A stretch of DNA of 60,961 nucleotides from an uncultured Candidatus Saccharibacteria bacterium (lineage in GTDB: Bacteria > Patescibacteriota > Minisyncoccia > Phycocordibacterales > PALSA-1337), in NCBI GenBank assembly GCA_964565685.1, contig CAZMFR010000006.1, forward strand, positions 1 through 60,961. The letters run 5' to 3'. A model generated the notes under the pieces. The model saw only the letters and a program-made list of their open reading frames with translations. It searched no databases and was not told the DNA's origin. Made by a program: the position numbers and the translations under genes. Shown one piece after another: positions 1-9,308 of this stretch (positions are counted from its first letter, which is position 1; every line of letters begins with the position of its first letter).

Positions 1-5
1 TTAAA

Positions 6-55
6 TTAATTGTGGCTAATGATTAATTCTAACTGTCCTACTTCAAAGGTTGCTA
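6..55 (+). repeat. Left copy of 50-bp perfect inverted repeat (partner 60912-60961)
   Basis: TTAATTGTGGCTAATGATTAATTCTAACTGTCCTACTTCAAAGGTTGCTA is the exact reverse complement of 60912-60961; the match breaks at position 56. Confidence 0.95.
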
Positions 56-95
56 TTTTTTGATGACATTGACCGAAAGGGTTTTACATCCAAGG

Positions 96-126
96 GCAGC
101 CCTCCTCGCGGAGGGCTGCTTTCTTT
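96..126 (+). terminator. Intrinsic terminator-like hairpin
   Basis: GCAGCCCTCC-tcgc-GGAGGGCTGC, a 10-bp stem followed by TTTCTTT, just past the NYN gene stop. Confidence 0.75.
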
Positions 127-132
127 ATTGTC

Positions 133-699
133 CTACTTGAGCTGTTGTCGATGCTTCAATTCCCTGCCCCAAATATCTTCAGTAATGTCGAGCACGTCAA
201 TATACCCGTCAGTTCCCGTCTTTAGCTCTTGCGAAATGTTGTTTTTTGAAGAAAATACGTAGACTTTCTTGCCACCATTCCGCACATACGAGGTAAGCGC
301 CAAGAAATCATAATCACCAGAAAATAGTACTGCCGTGTCATATCTTTTCATGTGAGTAACCACATCTATGGTTATTTCCACATCCATGTTGCCTTTCTCT
401 TCGATGGTTTCTCCTGTCGGCGACGTGACGGTTATCCGCTTCAGTTCTTTCTTACGAACGGTCATGCCGAGCCCTTTCTTGAGGTACGTAAAGAATTTAT
501 GCCTCCCATCAAGGTCATAATCTCTCGTGCCTTCTTTGGGGTAAGCGGTGTAATAGAACATTTCAACAGAAGAAGCATCAAATTTCTTTGTGAGAAAATC
601 CTTGAGCTTTGCATAGTCAAAAAAGCGGCCCTTTGTCTTTTGGGCCTGCCAAACATTCGATGCGTCTATGAATGCAAAAATTCTGTTCTTGCCTGACAT
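133..699 (-). CDS. NYN domain (LabA/DUF88, PIN-like) ribonuclease
   Basis: FIDASN, EKGNMDVEITID and LFSGDYDF acidic PIN/NYN motifs. Confidence 0.9.
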   Translation of the reverse strand: MSGKNRIFAFIDASNVWQAQKTKGRFFDYAKLKDFLTKKFDASSVEMFYYTAYPKEGTRDYDLDGRHKFFTYLKKGLGMTVRKKELKRITVTSPTGETIEEKGNMDVEITIDVVTHMKRYDTAVLFSGDYDFLALTSYVRNGGKKVYVFSSKNNISQELKTGTDGYIDVLDITEDIWGRELKHRQQLK

Positions 700-742
700 T
701 CTGACAATTATAATATTTTTTGCTCAACGATAAAAAAAGAGC

Positions 743-925
743 TTATTTAATTTTAATTGGAAAAATCGCATCCTCCCCTTTTGTCCATTCATCGTAGAGC
801 GCCTTGTTCGCTGCGATGAAATCCAGGTTTTTGAAATCATATTTCGTGCTGCCGATATTGGCGACCTTGCCGCCGGCTTCGGAAACAAGGAGCGAGCCGG
901 GAGCGTAATCGTCTTTTGTTTTCAT
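743..925 (-). pseudogene. C-terminal remnant of an inositol monophosphatase-family gene
   Basis: DYAPGSLLVSEAGGKV resembles the IMPase WD.AAG.L.V.EAGG.V signature; no N-terminal half present. Confidence 0.55.
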
Positions 926-974
926 GCTTTTATTCTATCACACCCCATGCACCCATCCTGGCAGAGGTTTTTGT

Positions 975-1661
975 CTACTTTTTTACTTTTTTTTCATCCG
1001 CCACCCTCCATAAAACTCGCGCAGCATACGTACTATACGGCGACCATTTATTTGCGAGCATATCCATGAACCGGTCGCTCGGCATCTTCTTTAATTTATA
1101 CAGATACATGATCCCCTTGCGCAGGCCGAGATCGCCTTTTGAAAAAATGTCTTGTCGGCCAAGTGAAAACATAAGGATCATCTCCGCTGTCCATGGGCCG
1201 ATGCCCTTGATGGAAGTGAGAAGCTCGATGACTTTCGCATCGTCATGTTTGTGGATTCTGGCAAGATCAATCTCTCCTTTCAAGACCGCCCGTGCCAGGC
1301 ATTTGACTGTGTTTGCCTTTGCTTCAGACAAACCACATGCGCGAAGATCTACCCTTCGCAAAGCTTGAATATTCTTTGGCGTGATTGCGCCTGCTTTACC
1401 CCCCTTGCCCCATTCTTTGCTGCTCTTTTCTTTTTCCTTGTCATTTACAAACCGCGTATGCGTATGACCGACGGCGAGAGCTTCGAGCCGATCATATATA
1501 GTATCCGCCGCTTTGCCTGAAAGCTGTTGATTCACAATCGCATGAACGATATCGCCAAACATGTCTCTTGAGCGGCGTATATTTGCTATCTCGTGCAGCT
1601 TTGCCGCCCGATACAAAATCGGGTCTACCTTTTTAAAATGAATTTTTGCGCGATGATACAT
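975..1661 (-). CDS. alkA: DNA-3-methyladenine glycosylase (AlkA/HhH-GPD family)
   Basis: IVNQQLSGKAA, LTSIKGIGPWTAEM helix-hairpin-helix, GDLGL, WSPY. Confidence 0.85.
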   Translation of the reverse strand: MYHRAKIHFKKVDPILYRAAKLHEIANIRRSRDMFGDIVHAIVNQQLSGKAADTIYDRLEALAVGHTHTRFVNDKEKEKSSKEWGKGGKAGAITPKNIQALRRVDLRACGLSEAKANTVKCLARAVLKGEIDLARIHKHDDAKVIELLTSIKGIGPWTAEMILMFSLGRQDIFSKGDLGLRKGIMYLYKLKKMPSDRFMDMLANKWSPYSTYAARVLWRVADEKKVKK

Positions 1662-1777
1662 ATCTACTATTCTATTTACTATTCAGTCAAAGCAAGTTCT
1701 AAAGTTTACAACGCTACCATATTTATCATATTAGAATAGCGATTTTGAGTTTTTGATTTTCATAATTTTTTCTAGAT

Positions 1778-2344
1778 CTAATATTTCCTAACTACCCCCC
1801 TTACCACTGCGGCGATATTAAAAGACTCTTTTGGATAGATAGGTTTGAAATTCTTGTTGGCCGGCTCTAGATATGACTTGCCGGCTTTGTCATGACGCAG
1901 ATATTTCATGGTCCATCCATCATCGACGCACGCGATGACGATATCGCCAGGTTTGGCTTCCTTGCCTCGTTCAGCCAAAACATAATCGCCTTCGTGAATG
2001 CCGGCGTCTATCATCGAGTCGCCTTTTACCTGTAAAAGATATGTCTTGTCTTTCTTTTCGATCAAGTATTCATCCAAGCTCAAACTGTCTAACGGCATTT
2101 CCTCGGCCACGGATGGAAAACCCGCCTCGACGAGACCGAGCAGAGGCACCTCACCGAAAAGTTTGCTGGGCAGAAGACGACCGGTCTTGTCTTTCAATAC
2201 AATGCCTTCATCGATGAGACGATTGACAAGCTTGTAAACCGCATTTTTTGATTTAAAGCCGACGAGACGCATGATTTCAGCATAGCTAGGCATGCGCTTG
2301 TGATCAGAGTAAAAATCGAATATTTTGTCTTTATAATCTGGCAT
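1778..2344 (-). CDS. lexA: LexA repressor (wHTH + S24 peptidase)
   Basis: PSYAEI HTH, VEAGFP Ala-Gly cleavage site, VKGDSM catalytic Ser, TMK catalytic Lys. Confidence 0.85.
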   Translation of the reverse strand: MPDYKDKIFDFYSDHKRMPSYAEIMRLVGFKSKNAVYKLVNRLIDEGIVLKDKTGRLLPSKLFGEVPLLGLVEAGFPSVAEEMPLDSLSLDEYLIEKKDKTYLLQVKGDSMIDAGIHEGDYVLAERGKEAKPGDIVIACVDDGWTMKYLRHDKAGKSYLEPANKNFKPIYPKESFNIAAVVRGVVRKY

Positions 2345-2362
2345 GTTCTTTATTATACAGGA

Positions 2363-2569
2363 TTAGAACATGAAGAGACTGGCGAATCGAAGCGAACCCC
2401 GCAACCAAGGACTTTTTCGCAGAGAAAGGTCCCGTAACTGTGCGCGCAGGAATTTATGCCTGCGGGCCTCGTTGTAATACGGGACACCCTGAATGATTTT
2501 TAGATCGATGCGATGATTGAGCTTGTTCAGCTCGCTTTTTATGACTTTGAATGCTTTATATTGGCTCAT
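2363..2569 (-). CDS. Small basic hypothetical protein upstream of lexA
   Basis: ORF from MSQYKAF, 18 nt from the lexA start, downstream of a TATACT -10. Confidence 0.6.
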   Translation of the reverse strand: MSQYKAFKVIKSELNKLNHRIDLKIIQGVPYYNEARRHKFLRAQLRDLSLRKSPWLRGSLRFASLFMF

Positions 2570-2612
2570 GGTTTTAAAATGACTAAATTTATAACTGCCT
2601 TCTAATGAATAT

Positions 2613-2635
2613 AGTATAAGTGAACAATCGTTCAC
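2613..2635 (-). promoter_or_regulatory. -10 box (TATACT) with adjacent GAAC-N4-GTTC palindrome, candidate LexA operator
   Basis: GTGAAC-aatc-GTTCAC at 2620-2635 next to the -10 at 2613-2618. Confidence 0.7.
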
Positions 2636-2650
2636 CTGCAATAGGTCACC

Positions 2651-2659
2651 TGTGGATAA
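2651..2659 (-). promoter_or_regulatory. Perfect DnaA box (TTATCCACA); others at 15099-15107, 18245-18253, 24332-24340
   Basis: Exact R1-type 9-mer in intergenic DNA. Confidence 0.6.
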
Positions 2660-2660
2660 C

Positions 2661-2685
2661 TAGTCCAAGGGTAGCCCTTGGACTA
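2661..2685. repeat. REP-like palindrome CAAGGG-(CTA/TAG)-CCCTTG, copy 1
   Basis: TAGTCCAAGGG-tag-CCCTTGGACTA, 11-bp arms. Confidence 0.85.
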
Positions 2686-2890
2686 AAGCCACATCTCGAT
2701 GCCTTGCTTACAAAACAATATCACTCACTACCAAATTTAGGACATAATAATACCCAAAATTTTTCATTTCTCCGCCATCTTCGCTTCCCAACTTTTCCTG
2801 CATAAAATTATTGGATTAAAATTTAATCCAATATTACAAATGCGCTAATCTTTGATGCACCCATTCAAGGCGCCGATCTGCTTGTCTATT

Positions 2891-3060
2891 AAATGACCTC
2901 CTCCCCGCAGTTCCTGCGTGGTTTCCTTTTGAGGCCGCTTCGCGAAGCATTGCTCCGCTCGTCGGGCTCGCTCCGGATCCATTCATCCATGCACTTCGGC
3001 TTGCTACTTCAAGCTCGAGCGACGCATCCTACGTGCGAGGTTTCCTGGAAAAGAAAAAAC
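2891..3060. repeat. ~170-bp dispersed MITE-like repeat, copy 1
   Basis: Near-identical to 28942-29110; its two ends are also fused at 17218-17270. Confidence 0.9.
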
Positions 3061-3137
3061 GCCTGAATTTGACGTAAATTCCTGAGTTTGTCGCAAGCGG
3101 TATCATCCGTCGCAAGCGGGTCTTTTTATTTCTCGAT

Positions 3138-4391
3138 CTATTTCTCGAGAATTTTTCCAAGTTCCCCCTTTACCACCATCTCCACCTTGCCAGATTTACG
3201 GTCTTTTACTTCAAACTTGCCTTCTTTCAAATTCTTTTCGCTGACGACAACGCGAGTAGGAATGCCGATGAGGTCGCTGTCGGCGAATTTTTCGCCAGGA
3301 CGGAGGTCACGGTCGTCGTAGAGGACGCTTGTTCCATTCTTTAAAAGCTCGTCATACAGCGCATCTGCTTCTTTTTTTGCAGTTCCTCCTTTATCAAAAA
3401 TAACCACGAGATGAACGTCGAATGGTGCAATACCGCGAGGCCAGACGAGGCCGTGATCGTCCGACATGGTTTCCGCTATAACGCCCATGACGCGGCCAGG
3501 TCCGATGCCATAACTGCCCATGACGACCGGTTTCTTCTTGCCATCCATATCTAGATAGTTCAAGTCGAATGCATCGGAAAAGCGCGTGCCGAGCGAGAAT
3601 ATATTGCCGACTTCGACGGCTTTCTTTTCGATCAGATTTTTGCGATCAAGACCGAGGTCATTGAGGACTTCGTCATTCAGCACTTCTTTGTTCACGGCGA
3701 TCTTTTTCTTTTCATCGATGTAGATCATATCCTCGCCGGCGTCGCTGAGCGTTTGGAATTCGTGAGAATACTTCGAGAAAGAGCCGCCGGAAGCGAATGT
3801 GATATACGTCTCGTCACCGAGTCCGAGCCGCTCAAAGATTTTGACATATGCCGCTTTTGCTTTTTCATAGAAGTCGACATGCTCCTTTTCGTCGCGGCTA
3901 AAAGAATACAGATCCTTCATTAAAAATTCGCGGGCGCGCATTATGCCGCTCTTTGCGCGCGCTTCATTGCGGAATTTCGTCTGAAATTGGTATGCAGAAA
4001 AAGGCAGATCGCGAAAAGAGCTGATGTAATCTTTCATCAAGTTCGTCAACTGCTCTTCGTGAGTAAAACCAAGACCAAGCTCAGTGTCGTTCTTTAATTT
4101 TGTTTTGAACCAATTGTCCACTGCGACATCATCCCAACGGCCGCTCTTTTTCCAGACATTCGGATCTTGGAGAGCCGTCAAATAGAGCTCCTGTCCGCCG
4201 ATCGCATTCATCTCCTCACGGATAACCTGAACGATATTATTGAGCACGCGCAAGCCGAGGGGCAAGTAGGAATAGACGCCAGCGAGCTCTTTGTGGATGA
4301 ATCCTGCACGGATCAAAAGCTCGGCGTTCTTGGCGACTTCGTCCTTTGGCGCCTCACGGCGGGTTTTGGTGAATAATTGGCTCTGACGCAT
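3138..4391 (-). CDS. proS: Prolyl-tRNA synthetase (short form, no editing domain)
   Basis: AGVYSYLPLG, FRNEARAKSGIMRAREFLMKDLYSF, GSYGIG class II motifs and anticodon-binding domain. Confidence 0.97.
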   Translation of the reverse strand: MRQSQLFTKTRREAPKDEVAKNAELLIRAGFIHKELAGVYSYLPLGLRVLNNIVQVIREEMNAIGGQELYLTALQDPNVWKKSGRWDDVAVDNWFKTKLKNDTELGLGFTHEEQLTNLMKDYISSFRDLPFSAYQFQTKFRNEARAKSGIMRAREFLMKDLYSFSRDEKEHVDFYEKAKAAYVKIFERLGLGDETYITFASGGSFSKYSHEFQTLSDAGEDMIYIDEKKKIAVNKEVLNDEVLNDLGLDRKNLIEKKAVEVGNIFSLGTRFSDAFDLNYLDMDGKKKPVVMGSYGIGPGRVMGVIAETMSDDHGLVWPRGIAPFDVHLVVIFDKGGTAKKEADALYDELLKNGTSVLYDDRDLRPGEKFADSDLIGIPTRVVVSEKNLKEGKFEVKDRKSGKVEMVVKGELGKILEK

Positions 4392-4618
4392 GATATTACT
4401 TAGCATTATTATAGCATATAGAAATCTTTTCAGAGAAGCTCACCCCAGTGTAAGTGTATATGACAATCATCTGACACGACTCTCGACATGACCAATGATA
4501 AGAGACCTATAGACAGAAAATCATTCGTAATCCACTATGTCATTTGCTATAATATGTCCATATTTATATAATTCATATACTTAATACCGCCGCAAACAGA
4601 TCTACGGCACAAATACAC

Positions 4619-5440
4619 ATGAAAATCTCTCCAAATAAAAGCCGCGGTTTCACTCTCGTAGAGCTCCTGGTGACCATATCGATCATTGCATTGCTGTCGA
4701 GCATAATCTTGGTCTCCCTGAACGGCGCCAGACAAAAAGGGACCGTCGGAAGTGCTATAGAGTTTGCCGATAACGTATATCACAAGCTCGGAGTCAATAC
4801 TATTTTGTCTATGAATTTCAATGAAGGATCAGGCGAACCAAACGATCAAACAGGGAATTTTATCAGACGGTCTGGTTATACACTTAATGATACAACATAC
4901 AGTAACAGCACTCCATTCAGTGATAACGGCGACTCTCTTAGTATTGGTAGTTCTTTTGATCTTCCTATGATAAATAATTATTCTGTTAGTACTTTCAATC
5001 TCACCGATCAGAGTGGATTAACAGTTTCCATATGGGCTAACACTCTTTCAACAGATAACATTACTAATACAGCATATAACCTATATTATATTACATCAAA
5101 TACTCCTTCTTCAAATTCTATTCTTCAAGGATATTACTCAAATTATTATGTAATATGCAAATTTTTAGGAAATATCTCAGGACAATCGGCAGTTTACATG
5201 CCTTCTTTTAATGATGGCAACTGGCACAATGTGACATGTTCATATGATGTAAATAGTGGCAATCTTATGCTTTATGTAGACGGTGTTTTAAAGAGTACAA
5301 CCAGCGTATCCACTGCGCCAGGAACAGTCATCACGGGGATAAACAATGTCTTGTATGTCGGCAGTGCAGGCAGTGGTGCTGGTCCATTCTTAGGCCTAAT
5401 AGACAACTTCCAGATCTTTTCCGGTTCCATCGTAGAATAA
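4619..5440 (+). CDS. Type IV pilin-like protein with C-terminal LamG/concanavalin-A domain
   Basis: RGFTLVELLVTISIIALL prepilin cleavage motif; DGNWHNVT...LYVDG...IDNFQIF LamG motifs. Confidence 0.85.
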   Translation: MKISPNKSRGFTLVELLVTISIIALLSSIILVSLNGARQKGTVGSAIEFADNVYHKLGVNTILSMNFNEGSGEPNDQTGNFIRRSGYTLNDTTYSNSTPFSDNGDSLSIGSSFDLPMINNYSVSTFNLTDQSGLTVSIWANTLSTDNITNTAYNLYYITSNTPSSNSILQGYYSNYYVICKFLGNISGQSAVYMPSFNDGNWHNVTCSYDVNSGNLMLYVDGVLKSTTSVSTAPGTVITGINNVLYVGSAGSGAGPFLGLIDNFQIFSGSIVE

Positions 5441-5466
5441 ACCACAGCTCATCTCACAGATCGTTG

Positions 5467-6204
5467 TTAGGAATTTATTCCTGTGTTTTTCCTCTTATCT
5501 TTCAATTCTTTTCTGATAGAAGCGACATATTTGCCGAAAGTCTCGCTCGTCGGATCGCGCGGATAGGCAAGCTTTACCACATGCTCATGGATGATGCGAC
5601 CTTCGTGCATGACCAAAATACGCTCACCGAGAGCGACGGCCTCTTCGAGCGAATGCGAGATCATTAAAATGGTTATCCCCCGAGATTTCCAAATATTCAA
5701 AAGCTCGCCATGCAGGGCTTCCGTCGTCTCGGCATCAAGAGCAGAGAACGGCTCGTCCAAAAGCAAAAGCTCCGGTTCAGCGGCCAGGGCGCGCGCAATG
5801 CCGACGCGCTGGCGCTGACCGCCCGAAAGATCGCGCGGATAGACCGAGGCGAGGTCTTTTATATTCATGAGAGCGAGCGCATCCGATGCGAGTTTTTTCT
5901 TGTCCAAGGTGCTACCTTGTACTGAACCAAGAGCAAGCATAACGTTATCCAAAGCCGAATACCATGGCAGGAGCGCGCCGTTCTGGAAGACCATCGACAT
6001 CTTCCTTGGAGCATCCAACGATCCAGATGAAGGTTCCGTCAAGCCAGCGACGAGCTTTATCAGAGTCGATTTGCCGCAGCCGGACGGGCCGACGAGGATT
6101 GTGAACGAGCTTTTTTCAAGAGAAAATAAGACATTATGTAGTACATCGGCACTGCCATTGTGATATTTAAAGCTGACGTCTTTGAATGTAAGAATTGGTT
6201 GCAT
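5467..6204 (-). CDS. ABC transporter ATP-binding protein (NitT/TauT-like)
   Basis: GPSGCGKST, LSGGQRQR, LLLDEPFSALD. Confidence 0.9.
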   Translation of the reverse strand: MQPILTFKDVSFKYHNGSADVLHNVLFSLEKSSFTILVGPSGCGKSTLIKLVAGLTEPSSGSLDAPRKMSMVFQNGALLPWYSALDNVMLALGSVQGSTLDKKKLASDALALMNIKDLASVYPRDLSGGQRQRVGIARALAAEPELLLLDEPFSALDAETTEALHGELLNIWKSRGITILMISHSLEEAVALGERILVMHEGRIIHEHVVKLAYPRDPTSETFGKYVASIRKELKDKRKNTGINS

Positions 6205-6308
6205 GTTAATAAAGCCAAAATGCAAAAGTTAAAATATAAAGCAATTGACTTTAGCATCTTTTAGTTTCACTTTTGCCTTTTGATTTTTGCCTTGTTTTTT
6301 CATTATTT

Positions 6309-7142
6309 TTAATCAAACCTGAATCTGCTAGCATACCGGAGAAGCTTCTGCCAGACAAAGACATTGATCAGGGTTATCGCAGCGACGATCACAACAATCG
6401 ACCAGAGAAACAATGATTGATTTCCGCTTGACGATGCTTGGACCAGAACACTGCCGATACCGAAGACATCGCCGACATTCTGCCCTGCCGGCACATAGGT
6501 GTGCAGAACTTCCGCCACAATCAGAATGTTCCAACCTGCCGCCCAAGCCAAGAGCGAGCCGGTAACGATAGATGGAAACAGCGCTGGTAAAATTACTTTG
6601 CGAAATGACCGGAATTTGGTCAGTCCGAAAACTTTTGGCACATATAAAACGTCTTCTGGTATCACATGCAGACCGCCGATAGCGGCAAAGACGATGCTCC
6701 AGATCATGGTGAGTATGAGTATGAATATCGCCGCAGTGTTGAGCAGATTGTAATGGATGAAAAAGAGGATGATAACTGGAAAGAATACGAGCACAGGCAC
6801 TGATTCGAGCACATCATATACAGGAATAAGCACGCGCTCCCACACATGCGAACGCAGGACGAACAGGGCCAAAGCCACGCCTATGACGAGCGAAAATATA
6901 TAAGAGATAAAAAGTCTGGCAAAAGAGGACAAGAAAGCCAATGAAAGATATCCTATCGGCGCGCTCTTTATGCTCTCGATAAAGAAGCTTGCATTAATAT
7001 TCATACCGGCCAATCGAAGGCCTCCGACAGTGAGCGCGACAAGAATAATCGGTATAAGAAACCATATGGACAGCTTTTCTAATAGCGATACTTTGTGAAC
7101 GTGGCGACTGCGATGAGAATAATGGGTGAAATTGGCTTTCAT
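6309..7142 (-). CDS. ABC transporter permease (NitT/TauT-like)
   Basis: Multi-pass hydrophobic protein, KVILPALFPSIVTG...AW...LIVAE pattern, adjacent to the ATPase. Confidence 0.85.
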   Translation of the reverse strand: MKANFTHYSHRSRHVHKVSLLEKLSIWFLIPIILVALTVGGLRLAGMNINASFFIESIKSAPIGYLSLAFLSSFARLFISYIFSLVIGVALALFVLRSHVWERVLIPVYDVLESVPVLVFFPVIILFFIHYNLLNTAAIFILILTMIWSIVFAAIGGLHVIPEDVLYVPKVFGLTKFRSFRKVILPALFPSIVTGSLLAWAAGWNILIVAEVLHTYVPAGQNVGDVFGIGSVLVQASSSGNQSLFLWSIVVIVAAITLINVFVWQKLLRYASRFRFD

Positions 7143-7208
7143 TTGAAATGTATAATTATTCTAACATGAAAAACATGCACCGGAACCAAGCAGAGCACAA
7201 GCATCGAT

Positions 7209-7260
7209 AATACAAGTCCAAGGGCTACCCTTGTAATACAAGTCCAAGGGCTACCCTTGG
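7209..7260. repeat. 26-bp tandem duplication, each unit containing the CAAGGGCTACCCTTG palindrome (copies 2 and 3)
   Basis: AATACAAGTCCAAGGGCTACCCTTG(T/G) twice. Confidence 0.9.
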
Positions 7261-7265
7261 ACCAA

Positions 7266-8462
7266 TCAACGGAATAACCTCAAAATATCGCGATAAGTCA
7301 CAAAAACCATGAGCAACATCAAAAGGACGAAACCGACCAGATTTACAGCATTGGCAAAGCCGGCTTTGATCTGGCGGCGAGTGGCGGCTTCGACAGCCAC
7401 AAAGAGGAGCCGTCCGCCGTCGAGAGCCGGAAACGGGATAAGGTTTACTATGCCGAGGTTCACAGAAATGAAAGCCGTAAACATCAGAAGATACGATAAT
7501 CCGAGGCGTGCGGCAGTTCCGACCATACCAGCAATACCGACTGGTCCGGTCAGATCTGATACCGAGGCGCTGCCTTGAAAAAGCCCTGCGACAAGCGTGC
7601 CGAAACCGACGACGATCTCTTGCATGAGCGACCAGGTGAATCGCGCGCCTTCATACACAGCCAAATATATAGGCAAACGCAGAGTCGCGGTGTCTTCCAT
7701 GGAAATCCCTATGGCATATTGATTCGGCTCGCCCTGGATGATGTTTTTTTGTGCTACGACGCTAATAGGCATTTGTTTGCCGTCGCGCAGAATAGAAATG
7801 GTCATGGACGCGCCTGTCGATGACGCAATTTCGGATTGGATAGCGTCGATAGTTATGGCTTGCTCTGCATTAATTCCTTGCCCAGTTTTAATTGAAGATC
7901 GCAAATTAGAATTGCAATTGAAATTGCAAGCTGAAGAAGGCAAAGAAATTCCTGTAATGACATCGCCCTCTTTTATTCCGGATCTATCTGCTGGACTTCC
8001 TGGAGAAACAGCGTCGATCATTATGCGTTCGTTCGTCATGCGATTTGCATATTGAGGATAATCGGATGGGCTTGCGGCGGTGCCGATCGACATGGCGATG
8101 ACGATCAGAAGCCATGCAAATACGAAATTTCCAAGGACGCCGGCGACCAGAATGATTGCCTGCTTCCAACGCTTTGCATTTACAAAGCTCCGTCCGCTAT
8201 CAGCGCCTTTCACCGATTCTTCGTCCGGATTCTCGCCGAAAATCTTTACAAAACCGCCGAATGGAATCGCATTTATGGCATATGCAGTCTCGCCCCAAAA
8301 TCCGCCGCCTTTCAGCCTCCAACTAAAAAGACGCGGACCAAAACCAAGGGCGAATTCATCCACTCTGACGCCAAAGCTCCTCGCAGCTATAAAATGCCCG
8401 AGCTCGTGGACGAATATGAGCGCAGCCAGGACGATTATGAAGATGATTATGGTTTCAAGCAT
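7266..8462 (-). CDS. rseP: Site-2 intramembrane metalloprotease RseP
   Basis: HELGH, PDZ segment, NLIPFPALDGG. Confidence 0.93.
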   Translation of the reverse strand: MLETIIIFIIVLAALIFVHELGHFIAARSFGVRVDEFALGFGPRLFSWRLKGGGFWGETAYAINAIPFGGFVKIFGENPDEESVKGADSGRSFVNAKRWKQAIILVAGVLGNFVFAWLLIVIAMSIGTAASPSDYPQYANRMTNERIMIDAVSPGSPADRSGIKEGDVITGISLPSSACNFNCNSNLRSSIKTGQGINAEQAITIDAIQSEIASSTGASMTISILRDGKQMPISVVAQKNIIQGEPNQYAIGISMEDTATLRLPIYLAVYEGARFTWSLMQEIVVGFGTLVAGLFQGSASVSDLTGPVGIAGMVGTAARLGLSYLLMFTAFISVNLGIVNLIPFPALDGGRLLFVAVEAATRRQIKAGFANAVNLVGFVLLMLLMVFVTYRDILRLFR

Positions 8463-8542
8463 GGAGAAAGTATAGCATTCTTAAAAAGAAAAAGATCGAG
8501 GATTTGTCATGCCATCGACCTTTTATTGTCACGCAATTGTCG

Positions 8543-8872
8543 TCAATACTGAAAAACTACACGAGGAATTTTATCACGAACACTGTCAAACTCAGGCATA
8601 TCGTAGTTTTCCTTGTAAAAAAGCAGATCGATGCCGCCAAGAAAGCCCTTGCGCAATTTTTCTACCACTTGAATAGCCGCTTTGCGCTCATATCCTTGTT
8701 TTACAAGAATATTGTATTCATCATATTCATCTGTTGAGTGATTCCTCCATGAGACACTAAGCTCCATAACTTTCGAGATTTTATGATGGTCTTCGTTTGG
8801 CAGTCGAAGATTCTGGTTTTCCTCGTTCAAAACAAAAAATTTCTTCAAGACAGCCCATATTTCATTTTTCAT
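8543..8872 (-). CDS. Hypothetical protein
   Basis: 109-aa ORF filling the gap; no recognisable motif. Confidence 0.55.
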   Translation of the reverse strand: MKNEIWAVLKKFFVLNEENQNLRLPNEDHHKISKVMELSVSWRNHSTDEYDEYNILVKQGYERKAAIQVVEKLRKGFLGGIDLLFYKENYDMPEFDSVRDKIPRVVFQY

Positions 8873-9092
8873 GACTCTTTCCTTTTGTTAAATTTTTATG
8901 TTCTTTTTGTGCTGTTTATACATTAAACGAAATAAAACATCTCGTCAATCATAAAAATCAAGGATCCAACTTCGTAAAAATAAAAGCAAGCAATCACTAT
9001 TTCCATAGTTAAAGGAGTGGGAACATTACTTTCAACGAGTTTTATGTTTATAACCTATTGGTTATATTTCAAAATGTGATCAACGGCATGAT

Positions 9093-9308
9093 TCACAGAC
9101 CGATCTTTGTAAACACGAATGCCAGTACGACGCTCAGTAATATAAAAAACGTGAAAGTAAATACGGACATCTTCACGCCTTCCGCCACCGCATTCTTGCC
9201 TCTAATATCATGTTTCTTGACCTCATTCCAAGTGACGAGATACGCGACACAAGCGCCGAGGATGCCGAATGCTCCACCTATCAAGATGAGGATTTTATAG
9301 ATATCCAT
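9093..9308 (-). CDS. Small two-helix membrane protein
   Basis: Two hydrophobic segments; abuts the frr stop. Confidence 0.65.
   Translation of the reverse strand: MDIYKILILIGGAFGILGACVAYLVTWNEVKKHDIRGKNAVAEGVKMSVFTFTFFILLSVVLAFVFTKIGL

Noticed and set aside
33-49. The terminal repeat contains CCTTTGAAG and TAGGACAG, both present in tRNA-Gln (41079-41149) but in swapped order
   Set aside because: The matches are only 8-9 nt and permuted, with no cloverleaf; treated as chance rather than an att site or tRNA fragment.
916-1520. Plus-strand ORFs overlapping alkA, and the many similar antisense ORFs across the window
   Set aside because: Shadow frames of well-supported genes with no motifs.
6240-6310. 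TTTTGCCTT-type short repeats (also 17160-17180 and 48305-48325)
   Set aside because: Low-complexity intergenic stutter with no regular unit-spacer structure.
7209-7260. Possible mini-CRISPR array
   Set aside because: Direct tandem units without unique spacers, and no cas genes in the window.
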